Below are positions 39,169 through 52,574 of a DNA stretch of 64,000 nt, in pieces; within the stretch, counting starts at the first letter, position 1, and each line of letters begins with the position of its first letter. The stretch spans positions 143,158,001 through 143,222,000 of the forward strand of contig OX597816.1 of assembly GCA_951406725.2 (NCBI GenBank), read 5' to 3'. Origin of the DNA: Octopus vulgaris (taxonomy: Eukaryota). Below the pieces are notes generated by a model that saw nothing but the letters and a program-made list of their open reading frames with translations, ran no database searches and was not told the DNA's origin. The position numbers were made by a program, and so were the translations under genes.

Positions 39169-40989
39169 TAAATTTTCATAAGTATTGAAATATATTACTG
39201 AAAATCATAGTTTGTAGTCCAGGTAAACAAATAGAGTGAAAAAGCTATTTTACCTTTAAGAGCTATTCCTGTAGATGGTAATCTGACTTGATGAAATTGA
39301 ATCAGGGGTTAAAGAAATCAAGCATCTCCACCACAATAGTTTAGAATAGAAACCTAAAGAAGAGTGATTAGTACTTCATTCGGTGACAAATCCTAGGTTG
39401 ATGCTGATTTCACTAGAATGTTACTAGAGAAAGTAACACTGCAGGTCACAACTCAAATGAGAGCCTTGTAACCTTGGAACGGGAAAATCAGGATGCAGTC
39501 CAGTTACTGTTCCTGCAATCTAATCCCACCAACCCCAGTTTATGATATTAAGCAGATGAAAGAGAACTCCCTATGTTTAGTACAGCAATCCATCATAAGT
39601 GACATTTAACTAATATCCTCAACTAGATAGAATGAGGCACATAAAATTAAGTTATACATTGAATTAGAATTCAAGACCTTTGAGATGAAAATCTTAACAA
39701 TGCATTTTGCCTACTCTTTCTTTTGTCCCTCACACTTGCTCACATATATTAGAATTTTTTTACTGCACCCATTTGTGAGTAACAGCACTATTAGATGTAG
39801 GTTCCATCAGGCTAATCAGTAGTTCACTGCAGTAGGTTTAATAGATTCAAGTATAAAATTCTATATAAGAACAACAGTTAAAATATTCCTCAACATATAT
39901 ATTACAACATTCAACATATGATGCTTTCCACTTAAATGAAAAGGATGGGTAGACTATTCAAATATATAATTTATTTTGAATTAGAAGTGACAAATTATTT
40001 TTAAAGTGACTATCAGATTTAAGCTCTTTACTCTTTTCTTTTTCCTTTTAATTGCGTAACTTACTATGAAATGACAGACTTGACTCTTATTTAATTCTAG
40101 ATTTATAACAGGTCTGATTGTAGTTCAACATAATTCTAATAAAAGAATACAGAGATTAGTGTTAGGAAGTGCATATTTGTTTATAATTTCACTATATAAA
40201 TGCTAAAACACAAGTTTTTCATCATGACAGTAGTAAAAAGATAAGAATCTTGGAGATATGTTAATGCTTTCCCCTCTTTATGGGGCCAGATAACACCTCA
40301 TGGGCCCACAGTTTAACAAATTACAAGAATTTTTAGTTGGTGATTCACAAGCTTATTTATTCAAATATTTTCAAAAAGATAAGTAATATTTCACCATGTA
40401 ATTATAGAAGTGTCAAATATTGAAGTGACTTCAACAAAGAATTGAAACTAGATTATGGATAAGACTTGAGGACTTGCTTCCTATTCTATAGCACTCACTA
40501 TTTTAAGATGCTTTTAACAAAAGGTGGTTTTCAGTAAACCACTGACAGTAAAAAAGACTGAACATAAATTAATATGAAGAATTCTCAAAATTAATAACAA
40601 TCTATTTCTTTAAAAATAAATTAAAACATGAATTACAATGAATTCATGTGACAGAAATATTTATGATACTGAGAGAGTAAAAAATATAAAAGACAATAAT
40701 ATTGTAACTGAAGTTATATAGGAGCAGCAAGTTTACATGGATGCTCTAGTATAACTGAAGCTACAACTATAGTCACTTAGACAGCATAAGGAAAATTATA
40801 GTTAGTCATTTGTTGAAAATATTTTTTCTTTATCAAAGACAATGAGGAATAAGAAAGAAGAATAATAGGGTGTCATTTTTCTTTTGCAAATATCCACAGA
40901 AAATTATAGGGAGTGAAAATGTTCACACAAAAAAAGATGGAGAACAAATGGAATAAATGCCATAAAAAAATATAAGGACTATATTAATT

Positions 40990-42200
40990 TCTTTTCTGTA
41001 AAAGATCAAGATTCAAGTTCCTTTTCTCCTGGACCACCAGGAATTACTGCTAAGATGTGTAAAAGTTTTGGTGGTGTAGAATACAGCCTAGTTACCAGCA
41101 TAATCAATTAAGTTGTAAAGACTGATATAGCAGCATTATGATTAACTAATACAAGAGTAAAGAAGATGCCCAGAGAGAAGTAATTACAGAGATAGCAATT
41201 TGCTGGACCAGGTCATGAGTTGTGGAAAGACATAGCTTAATAAATATGAGAAAGAGTTACACTACATGTAATGCAGTTTGATTTTGTATCAAGACAGTAC
41301 TACAGCTTTCTTCCAAGTCAGACAACTCCAGAAGAACTTGGCTGAAAGTAAATCACTGTAGTTAACATTTGTTGACCTGGAGAAAGCCTTAGACACGGTC
41401 CCTCACTCATGATCTAGTGGTCACTGAGGAAGCTAGAGGTAGATGAATGGTTTGTGAGAGCCATACAAACCATATGCAGTAGTGCTGTCAATAAAATAAG
41501 AGTTAGCAAATGAGTACAGTAACAAACTTAATGTATATGTAAGACTTCATCAAGACTCAGTTCTCAGCCTTCCACATCATCACAGTCCTCCGGGTTATAA
41601 TAGAAGAGTTTAAACCTGGTTGCCCAAGGGAATTGCTATATACTGTTGACCTTGTTCTTATAGCTGAATATGTAACAAAATCAGAAAAGAAAGTTCAGAT
41701 ATTGAAGCAAAATCTGGAATTAAAAACCTCAAAGTTAACTTAGCTGTGACCAAAGTTTCAGTAAGTATGAAAATGCTTGATATGTAGAAAAGGAGTAGGT
41801 AGAAATTCCATACAGTGTATCCATTGCAAACTATGGACACACAAGTGGTGCAATGGTATCAAAGAAAGGTTAACAAAGAAAGTGGATTTTGTGCGTGGCA
41901 AATGCAATAATCACTAGGAGGACAAAGGAAACAGTTTTATCAAATGCCCAGGAGGATCCCAAAGATATTGGATAGCTTCTGTTACCTAGGTGACCTAATT
42001 AGCAGTGGTAGAGGTTGTCCTGAAAGTATGGTTTCTAAAATAAGAACAGGCTAGAGAAACTTCAGAGAGATGTTACCTCTTTTGCTGTCATAAGTTTCTC
42101 TCTCACAGAGAAAGGCAGAGGTAAGATGCTTGTGGATGAACAGTAACGCTACATGGTAGAGTGGCATGGGGCCCTGAATGCAGAGGATATGTGAAGACTA
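40990..42200 (+). pseudogene. Decayed RTE LINE RT region
   Basis: Remnants MQFDFV, TFVDLEKALDTVP, LHQDSVLS, ELLYTVDLVL (YADDL-derived), PHD remnant and DSFCYLG. Confidence 0.85.
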
Positions 42201-43552
42201 GCTTGTTTTTTTTTCCAAACATATGAGAATACTAACATATTCAACAGCTTGGGTTCCTGTTCATTTTCTCAACTCCTTATATATACAGTGGGTATAGTTT
42301 ATCAGTTTCCTTAAGTTTGCATATTAAAGAAATGTTTAGATGAAAGATGAGTGTATCCCAAACTACAAAACCATGTCTGTCAAATCACTAATCTGACACA
42401 TGTGGGCCATGTCCCATTGCCATTTAGTAGTGCACTTATGACAGGGTTGCAGTTAGTACGTCCACAATATTGGCCTGATATAACAAAATCTATGCCAATA
42501 TCAGTGGATGCAACAAACCCACAATTGTTGCTGTTCTACTAGCAGAATATCCAATTACATATGCATCTGTGTCATTTATTCAGACTGAGCAAATATGAAG
42601 TTAGATAAAAAAAAAACAATTTAACAGTGGTAGTTTTTGATACTGAGCACTTTCACATGTATGTATTTAGTATGTCATTCTTAGAGGAGATAGATCATAG
42701 ATCATTGGAATACATCCTCAATAAACCCATTTACACGGTTTCTGAGGTTGTAGAAAATGATGTATACTTTGTCATTCTTAGGAGGTATTATAATTGCACT
42801 TTTAAATATGTTAAGAGAAAAAAAAACTGAAAATTGGTGATATACTTAGTTATACAACATAAAACCAGTTTTTTACTCATGGGACAGATTATCTGATCTA
42901 TGAAATTGATTTGTTGCCAACACTTCTTCTAAGTGATGTAAAAGTTGCTGAACTGGAAACTGAGACTGCTAATGATAGTCAACTGATTGAATTAGCACAA
43001 GTTCTAGAACTAGGCTAACATGAAAAACACTATCTATAACTAGATGCTATAGGGAGTTTCTGGTACAGAAAAGATGGGTTAACATGTCCAGGGTATACTA
43101 TCCAAAGGTCTCAAAATTAATGTCCCATGGGCAGTAAAACTACAAATACACACTAAACACACAATCACATTCAGATTACTTATTATATCTAAATAAAACA
43201 AGAGGATTACTGTATTAACCTAGAATGTGAGCAAATATCACTGAACTGGTTGGCAAATTTGATACCAAAAATATCAGTACTAGTGTCAGAGTAGCCATGG
43301 TCAACTGTCAGGACAAATACATTCTTTGTGCTCTTGTGGACTACAAAATAAATAAATAAATAAATAAAAGGGGCAAGTATTCATAAAGTACAGCTCATCA
43401 TCCCTGTTTGTAAGACACAGTATTCACTGAAACTTGTAACAGATAAGAGGCTGCAATTTAACATGTTTTTAAAAGAATTCTCCAACACTTGGTAGTATTA
43501 GTTTGGAACATCAAACTTCAGACATCATCTGCTATCTAATGAAATGTTAGGC

Positions 43553-43700
43553 CAGTGGTTCCCAACCAAATTTTGGCCATGCCCCATCGAATCATTTCTA
43601 AAATCCTGATGTCCCCTTGTGATATTTAATTTTTGTTATTCAAAATTTGGTTAATGTTTACAATATTACCAGGAAAAAAAAATGGTGCAACAGACGTAAA
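43553..43700 (+). mobile_element. hAT-like MITE end fragment
   Basis: Begins CAGTGGTTCCCAACC, a typical hAT terminus. I did not find a matching second end. Confidence 0.45.
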
Positions 43701-43809
43701 AAAAAAATGCACGGAGAGCAATAGGGGCAGGTGGGGAGAGGACTTCAAAAAATTTACTAGATCCAAGTTTTTCCCTCATAACTTTTAGGAAAATTTTTTT
43801 TTTTTGGCT

Positions 43810-43966
43810 CCAGTGCAGGTGACACTTAAAGACACCATTTGAGCGCAGCCGTTGCCAGTACCACCCGATTGGCCCTCGTGCCGGTGGCACATTAAAGCAT
43901 CCACTACACTCTTGGAGTGGTTGGTGTTAAGAAGGGCATCCAGCTGATGATGATGATGATAATGAT
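43810..43966 (+). repeat. RTE 3'UTR fragment with a (GAT)n tail
   Basis: gtgccggtggcac...cactacactcttggagtggttggtgttaagaagggcatccagctgatgatgatg. Confidence 0.85.
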
Positions 43967-43982
43967 TCAACAAAAGATTATT

Positions 43983-44372
43983 TAGGCATGGCTGTGTGGT
44001 AAGAAGCTTGCTTTTCAACCATATAGTTCTGGGTTCAGTCCCACTGCATGGCACCTTGGGCAAGTGTCTTATACTATAGCTTCAGGCCAACTAAAGCCTT
44101 GTGAGTGGATCTGGTAGATGGAAACTGAAAGAAGCTCATCATGTGTGTGTGTATGTGTGTATATATATATATGTATATATTTGTGTTTGTGTTTGTCTCA
44201 CCGACTGACAACTGATGTTGATGTGTCTACGTCTCTGTGACTTAGCAGTTCAGCAAAAGAGACCAATACAATAAGTACTAGGCTTACAAAGAATAAGGGG
44301 GCAATTTGTTTGACAAAAGGTATGCTCCAACATGGCCACAGTCAAATGACTGAAACAAGTAAAAGAGTAAAC
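43983..44372 (+). mobile_element. Intact tRNA-derived SINE, family C
   Basis: A box TGGCTGTGTGG, B box GGTTCAGTCCC, core caccttgggcaagtgtctt, internal (TG)/(TA) tract and tail gaaacaagtaaaagagta. Confidence 0.88.
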
Positions 44373-45736
44373 ATTTCATATTTTGTGGACATTAAATGAC
44401 TATACAAAAATTATTTAAATACCAGGTTTTTTAAAAATGAAACAGTGTTATAAAGACCCAAAAGAAATTATTTGGATATACTTGAAACAACTTTTAGGAC
44501 AAATATTTCATAAAGCTCAAATAAGGAATAATTGATCAAAAGAAGTAAAATACAATATAAGATGAGTTTCATAAAAGAAAATTAATCAGGTTTGAAGAAT
44601 CTGAGATTAGTTTGAAAAAATTTTAAAGTCACAAAAATACTGACACAGATACTTGAAAGAATTCCTATTTTATAAGACAAATCTTACTCAAACTTCTATC
44701 ACTAGAAGTTTTTTTCCCATCTTCAAGGAAGTATTACTCAAGAACAACAATTTATTTAATAGAATTCATGAATAAAAAATTGAATTTAAGTTGATACAAT
44801 ATACTGCATGAAATTATGGAAAAATAAAAATAATAAAATAGTAAATGCTAAGTTATTTATTACCTTAGTATGTCTCTTATATGTATGGGATAAGATATTC
44901 ATTCATGGACTATTTGAAGTTTATAAGCTTTTTCAATGATCAAATAACAGTTAACTTTGAAACAAACAAAAACAATTGGATAGCAACCATCCTTTGATCT
45001 ATTTGTTTGGATGGTTGATAATGTGGAAGGGAAGCAACAGAGTAAAAGTATGCCTTTTAATAGAATTAATATTAGTGATAGCACCAACTGAAGTTGAAGA
45101 AGAGGGATAAAATGAGAAAAGGAGAAAGGGTCAGAGAAATATTTTTAGTACTCAGATATTGATTATCATTTCTTTTATGATGATAGAATAGTTGAATGAA
45201 AGGAAATTATTATTAATTTATTTTCATCAAAAAAATGCATGGTTGCAGTTCCATGCTCTATATCAAAAGATAAAAACAAATGAATTTCAATTAAAAAAAA
45301 ATAACAATAAACAATAGCAATATTAGATGTCCCACCATGCTTGTATATCTAAAATATAAAAAAATAAACTAATGAATATATGGCCTAAAAATTTGGTACA
45401 AAGATATATGATAATATTTATTTAACCAAGGGTAGTAGATTGGCAGATCAGTAAGTAGGGCAGTAGACAAAAATGCTTTACAATATTTAGTAATGTTTTA
45501 AGTTCTGAGTTCAAATCTTAATGAAGTCAATAAAATAGATGCAAGATTTAATAAAACAGATTACCAGATTTGATCTAATTGACCAATGCTCCTCCATAAA
45601 TTTGTGGCCATTTCTTTGTTAGAAATATATTCACCCAAGTAGTTTTGTATACACAGTTAGATCTTAAACAACAAAACTAAAGGAAAAATATGGAAGAGTA
45701 TTCTTTACATTGTTCTCTTTCTCTCTCTAATATATA

Positions 45737-46790
45737 ATCATCATCATGATCATCAATAAACATCTGTCTTCCATACTGCATGAACTGGATGGTTCAGCAG
45801 GTTCCAATGAGCCACAGGACAGCATTGAGATCCAATGTCTGCTTTGGTATGGTTTGTATTGCTGGATACCCTTCATAATGCCAACCATTTTATGGGGTGT
45901 ACTAGGTGCTTTTTTACAACACAGCATTAGTGAAGTCACCAGGTCATTTGCAAGACAAGATACCTCAACTGAGTGGGAGTACACAATTGATGGAGGTGGC
46001 TTTGTGCCAGGTTTTCAGAGGCTAAAGTATGATAATAGGACATAAACAGTTGTCTTAATGTAGAGGAGATATATGGCTACTCTAGCTGGAAAGGAAGAAA
46101 GGATGGTAGTGATAAAGTGTCAGGGTGTAACCTAAAGGTACAAGAAAGTAGATATAAAAGAGAATAGAGACAGGTGGATATAAAAAGGAACAGGGACAGA
46201 GGATCAACAAAAGGTAGATAGATACATTTGCAAGAATGTAAAAGGAGAGTGACAGATGGTTACAGATGGGGATAAACATGATTGCAGAGAATAGTGAACA
46301 TAGCTGGAAGCATGGTCAATTTAAATCTCAGTTTAGAGATAAGACAAAGGAAAATAGAAGTGAGTCAGAGCAGAAAAGGTAATGGTGTCAGTATATAAAG
46401 GAGGTAAGTAGAGAGCAACAGTATAGTAAAACTATAGATAAATAAGAAACAGAGAGATGATGTGAAGAATAGGTGAGTGAGAAAGGGAAGAAACAGAGTC
46501 AGAGTTATGTAAGGGTAGATAAGGTGAGTGACAAAAGTGGGAGATGGCCATCAAAGGCAAGGGAATGGGGCATTAAGGGATGGTATTGGGAATAGAGGAC
46601 AAGTGACAAAAGAAGATGTTTCCAAGAAAGATAACTAGTAGCACAAGAGGGTGAAAAATGTGCAGTTCTGCTCTCATATAATAACAGCAGCTGAGTAAAT
46701 AGCATCATAGTTATGGAGAAATAGGTAGTAGGAAGATGAGTTGTGGGGAAGGACTTACTGGGACATATTACATGTGGGGAAGGGTGGAGA
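45737..46790 (-). repeat. RTE-related 3'UTR fragment plus a long purine-rich tract
   Basis: (CAT)n tail, ccatactgcatgaactggatgg and gctggatacccttcataatgccaacc, followed by about 800 bp of GA-rich sequence. Confidence 0.6.
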
Positions 46791-49700
46791 AGCTTAGATT
46801 TTAAATGATGTGCTTTTAGGTCCTAATGTTTTGCTGAGATGGACAAGCCTTCTTGAGCACAGCAAATCACCAATCATCCTGGTCCTTTGTCATCACTTCT
46901 GTGAGGCTCAACAACATGAGGTTGAGGTTGTGTGTGTGTGTGTGTGTGTGTGCATGTGCGCGTGTATACATATACACACACACACAAAACTAACACACTT
47001 TCAAAATTAATGTCCTGAGAGTTAATATAGGCTTTTATGTACATTTTTGCAAATGAGGGAAGAAGTAACACTTATTTTTCTCTTAGAAAGAACATCCTCA
47101 CTTCTCATTATTCTTCCCACACAAAACGTCTAAGGCTTCTAAATAGCCATGCTAGGAGCTAATATAATTCACTTCACTGCAGAGAAGTTAATTTATTACT
47201 TATCCATTTTACTTATCTGAATACAAGTTTTGAATAATAATTTTCATTTCTTCTTCTTGCTAAGAAAACAAATTAAATATGACTGAAAAACAACTTTCAG
47301 GTAAACTTACTCAAAACTATATGTGCTTAAAGTTAATATTCAAGAGAAATAATTATTTTTATTACTGAAAAAAGTTAACATAAAAATGATAAAAAATGAT
47401 GGTGATAAATCCTTTCTTTTAATATTTAATATTGCAAGAATAAAAATAAGTTCCTAAAAGCCTCGATAGTGAACACACTTATATTTGAAAAGTTAATTTA
47501 ATACTACAGTTTACATGCCAACAGAATGTGGCAGTCCTATAAAGGACGATGTTGCTGTTGTTTTAGTCCCAGGAAAACATCTTTTCCAGCTGGCTATCAA
47601 CACACAATTTTAAATCTTGCTCAGATATTTAAAACAAGGTGTTTTTCTCTATAATTTAATACTTTATTGTTTAAATTGAATTCAATTTTGTCTAAAAAGA
47701 ATAATACTTATTCTTTTTTAGACACAAAACTTTATATAAAATAGAAAGTAGAAACAGTAATATTCATTTCTTCATGTATTAGTAGTGCAAGTTAATTAAA
47801 CTGTCTTTAATCAATAATCAAAACTCTTGTTTCATGACAATAATCATAAAATTTCATTACAAACAAAACATGTAAGTAAATAATAATTGAGTGAGTAAAC
47901 TTTTTCCCAGTAGAAAATATTTTGTTGATACATACTATTTCTATCCCAAACTGGAATCCTTGTAGGTTTTTCAATCTCTGTAATGAATTAATACATTTGT
48001 TTTAATATCTTCACATTTAACATTTTAAACATTTTAATTCCTCTACATATGGCAACAGTTTTGCTTTAAAAGACATTGTTAATATAAAAATAAATGTATG
48101 TAAATGATTTGTTCCATGACAATTTCATAATGTGAAGCAACTGTTCAGTTTGCTAACTCAAGTGTGACATCAGAATACTATTCACTCAAAAAAAACTATA
48201 TCTTAAGTTTAAAAAATAATGTTTTGAGTCAGTGAAATTAAACAATTACAGTTTAGTTGGATTTGTAGTGGAATGAAAAATGTTATGTGTATGTTTTTAC
48301 CAATACAATTTTCAAAGGAAGCAAATTTTTGTTATTGTTAAGTAATGCATATCAAATTTCTCAGTTAGATGCAAAGGAACAAATCTCATATCCAACACAC
48401 TGGAGATTTAATGTGCCAGCAGTCTGTGACAACATTATACACTATCATGTTGAGCATGATGTGACAGTCTTTTCTTCATAGTTTAAATTGCTTTTCAGAC
48501 TGATAAGTTTGATACAATTGATGTTCACCTTGAACATTTTCAGATTAATACTGGTAATGAAAGTATGGACAGGGAGGAAATTCTAGAGGTTGACATCTAT
48601 TCTGAATAGGAAGGATTCTCTGAAGTTCTTAGTTTGATATCTGCTAGATAAGAACACAATGAGAATGATAGTAGAGATACGTGGGTCAAGTGGGCCTACT
48701 TTGAGAGAGTATACTATTAATTCAAAAAACCAGAGATTATTGGAAAAATGAAAGAAGAGATAAGGAGTGAATAATGCATGGCTGTTAGTCAATCATTGTC
48801 AATCAGTTTTATTTTCTTTTGAACTGGCTTAGGGTGCAATAAGTGTGAGTCATCAGCACTATTCTGTACATGTGTTCAATAATTTCTGTGTAGGTCTTAC
48901 TTGAACCTTGTCTGTATTTGAGCTATATCCAGAAAATTGTTTGCTTCAAAAGTTTCTCCATTAACCTCTAAAATGTATGAATTAATAAGGTTTTATGAAT
49001 GGAATAGGTTTTTTACAGTTTAATGAACTTCCTGCTGCCATCCCTCAAAAATGGAAGATTTGTCATTTTGATGTTTCTTATTTAAACATACAAAAAAATT
49101 TATAAACTACAATTGGTTACTAAACTGCAGTTCCAAATGCCATTCAGTTCAATATCCAATGTTAAATTGCTCCTTCCATTTACTTATTTACTCAACTTCA
49201 AAAACACAGAAAACTAAGCTGTTATACACAGAATCTGAAATATAGAATGATAGATCCTGAACCTAATACCCAGTAGGTGTCAATTCTAATATTCTGACTT
49301 CGGCATCAACTTGATGTCCAAAGATATTTAAAATATCCAGTCTATCAAATCACATCTGATTTCTTTAAATTAGCATCAAGCACTACATCTAATGATGAAT
49401 AGCATTAACAAGTGCTAAACTACATATCAAAAGATATGAAAAGAGCTGCATTGAATTCATTGCAAATGCAAGAGGAACTCAATGAATCAATCCAACCAGC
49501 AACAACTATCTACCAATCAAAAGTACACAGTAAGCAATCAACATGTTATTTTACTGGCAAATATATCATTAGCTAGAGAAGAACTTAAATCCTCCTATAG
49601 ACAAATGCTGTGATACACTGACATTCCTCTTAACATGCTTTGAAAACTGGGAGGATCCTCAAAACACTGAAAACCTTTCTTTTACATAGCAGGGAATAAA

Positions 49701-50107
49701 AGAAAATGTGGAAGGTGGGGGGGAGGGTAAACAGACCAAAGGAAAGGTAATAAGGAAAAGACAAAAACACTGAAAAGGTTTTGAGAATGTGTACATTAAA
49801 ATAACAAAGAAGGATATGACATTATAGTACAAATCTTTCCTAAAGAAAATATCCAACTCTCAACACAGAATATATTTTTGAAGCATTCTTTACATTAAAT
49901 TTTAGTATAGAATTATTTTATGTTATTGTATTTCTAATTATAAAGACTTTTTTATAACATAAAACTAAAGAATTTGTACCAAGTCTCATCTTTCTTTTTA
50001 TATTTGATTCTCTGACTGTGTGTGTGTGTATATATATATGTGTGTATATGCATGTGTGCGTATATTATGATAGGAACACTTCAGAATCAAATAGAAAAAT
50101 ACCTTAC

Positions 50108-50238
50108 TTGTTCTGTAAACCTGAATGTGATGAAAACCACCACAATGTTGTTTCAAATTTCCAGCACAACGCAGAGAACAGTGTTTATCAGAAGTTGGAT
50201 TCGTTTTTATAGTGTCATTTCCACACAGACAATAGAAT
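50108..50238 (-). CDS. WSC-domain protein exon: C-terminal half of WSC domain 1
   Basis: ttttAG|A TTC TAT TGT...TAC AGA ACA A|GTAAGG; 131 bp, phase 2 to 1. Translates as FYCLCGNDTIKTNPTSDKHCSLRCAGNLKQHCGGFHHIQVYRT, matching the WSC pattern CxCG...CxxxCxG....CGG.....VY. The phase fits both neighbouring exons. Confidence 0.92.
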
Positions 50239-50729
50239 CTAAAAAGTAGAGTAATTTTGTTTTTGTTTTGCTTGTTTGTTTTATTCATAATAACTGGCAG
50301 AAAAATTGGACTGAATTAAAAATAAATAAATGTTCTAAGAATGTTTATACTAAAATAACAAAGTAAACTTTTTGTTCACCAGAAAGAATTACAAAATTTA
50401 TCTAAATATTAGAAATAAAGATTGACATCAAAACTGCTAGCCATAACATAGGGAGTAATTTGATAAATTCCAATATTTAGTTAATTTACAATCACATAAA
50501 CCATGAAAAACTAATTTCAAAAAAGTACATCAAGAAAACAAATACACTGAGTAAAAGATAAATAAAAATAAAAATTACTATGAAAGAACTTACTATGTGA
50601 ACTTAGGGAAAACTTGACAAGATTAATTATTTTCTCAAGAGTTAGGCACACAGTTTAGGTAACTAAACTGAGACCATTTTAAAAATGTATTATCCTAATA
50701 AATATCATTGAGAGCTAATATTTTGCATA

Positions 50730-52040
50730 CCATCATTGTCCAGTGTTTTAAATCCGGGTTTTGTCCCCATTAATGGAGGTGGCTGGATCTACCTCAATGC
50801 CATAGCAACCGCCCTCACACCATCTCACTCTATTTTGGGCGTCCTCCCTTCTCAAGCCAACCCTCCCAATCTCCTCCTCCACCTATCCCCTCCATGTTTT
50901 CCTCAGTCTACTTTGCTTTTGTAGTCCATTTACCTCAAACTCAAGCATCCTCCTCAGAACATTCTCCTCGTCCCTCCTCAACCACTGCACCCCATTTGCC
51001 CTTGCCAATCATTCCACCGACTCCTCCAACCCCAGCATCCCATCAAGTCCTCAGTTCTCTTATCAAACAGCTTCATCTCACACATTTCTCTCACCATTGC
51101 TCTCTTGGCCCTTCTCAAAATTGCCATCTCTCTTTCCCTCAGACACCATGTCTCACTCCCATACAGTATTGCAGCTCTCATGCAACTCCTATAGACCCTT
51201 CCTTTCATCTTCAATGAGAACCTCTTCCCACATAACAATGCTCCACATTCCCTGAACCTCACCCAGCCAAGTCTCACTCTTGCTGTCACAGCTGTTTCAC
51301 ATCCACCCTATCTCCCAAATAACAAAACCTCCTCTCTGTTTCCACCTCATCACAGCATTTCCACTGGTTCTGCCAGCCCTCCAGCTCCTTTCTCACAACT
51401 TCCACAAACAAACTCTCTTGCCAATCTTGGGGGTCACCTTCATTGTCATACATCTGCCATGAATTAATTTCTCACATCTTGTACACAACACCACATTTGC
51501 TATTACCCTCTTCCCACATACACCACATGGATCCACATTACTCACTAACACTTCTCTTTCCATCCCGCTCACCATCACCTTTGTCTTCCTGAGGTTTACC
51601 TTCAAACCCTTGCTTTCATTTCCAAAACTTCTCCCTCAATCCCTCCATTGTCTCACTCATAAGAACAAGGTCATCCGCATACAGTATCTCCATTATCAAT
51701 CCTTCTCTTGCACTCTCCATCACCACATCAACCACTATTGCAAACAACAATGGTGATAACACAGATCCCTGATGCATCCAACTTTCACTGCAAACTCCTC
51801 CGACAGCTCTGATCCAGTTCTAACTCGTCTTTACCCCCTCATACAAATTCATCACTGCCCTCACTATTACCTCTAGTACACCTCTCTTCCTCAATGCCCA
51901 CTCAATCACATTCCTTGAAACCCTATCAAATGCCTTCTCCAGATCAACGAAGTACATGTACAACTCCTCCTTATCTCGGTATTTCTCTTGCAATCTCCTT
52001 ACAATGAACACAGCATCTATTGTACCCCTTCCTGGTATAA
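50730..52040 (-). mobile_element. RTE LINE (second family), 3' part
   Basis: [19 protein letters not shown]...[54 protein letters not shown]...CTRCEKLIHGRC and ILYGSETW. Confidence 0.93.
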
Positions 52041-52574
52041 CAGTGATTTACTAATTTATAACGTGTTCGAACTTGGAAAAGATAATAAAAATAATTATTT
52101 ATTGAGTAGGAATCTATGGTGATAAATCCTTCACTTATAACTTAATAATAAGTATTATCACTATACATAAATCTTAACTCAGGCTGCGTAAATGCTGTGA
52201 TGAATTATACACACCAAGATGCTGAACGTGCATGTATGTTGAAGATAAATAAGCTTGCTCTTTTTCACTGCTATAATAACAGTTTCATAGGTACAGAAAT
52301 AAATTTTCATTAACAGGTTGAAGAAAATGAAGAAAAATAAATTATTTACTAAATTAGTTTATTTACGTACATTTAATATTTACAGTACATTTTATAAGTC
52401 AAAGAAAATTGTCATAGAGAATTACGACATAAAATTTATATTAACTGATTCTTTCATACTAAGCTACTAGAGTTTTAAACAACAATTCAAAATAGTCTTG
52501 TTGAATTAGATAGGAGACATGGCATTGCAATATCTCAAGAGAGTGAATGTCATGGAAATGAGTGACAACCAACA

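Noticed and set aside
44899-45087. Minus-strand ORF resembling a signal peptide with a GCY motif, after an AG acceptor
   Set aside because: It lacks WSC Cys spacing, hits a stop before any good donor and is not needed for the phase-consistent model.
48392-48404. 13-nt sequence complementary to part of the 59836-59974 exon (also reads YPTHW)
   Set aside because: A match of this length between about 400 bp of exon and 64 kb is expected by chance.
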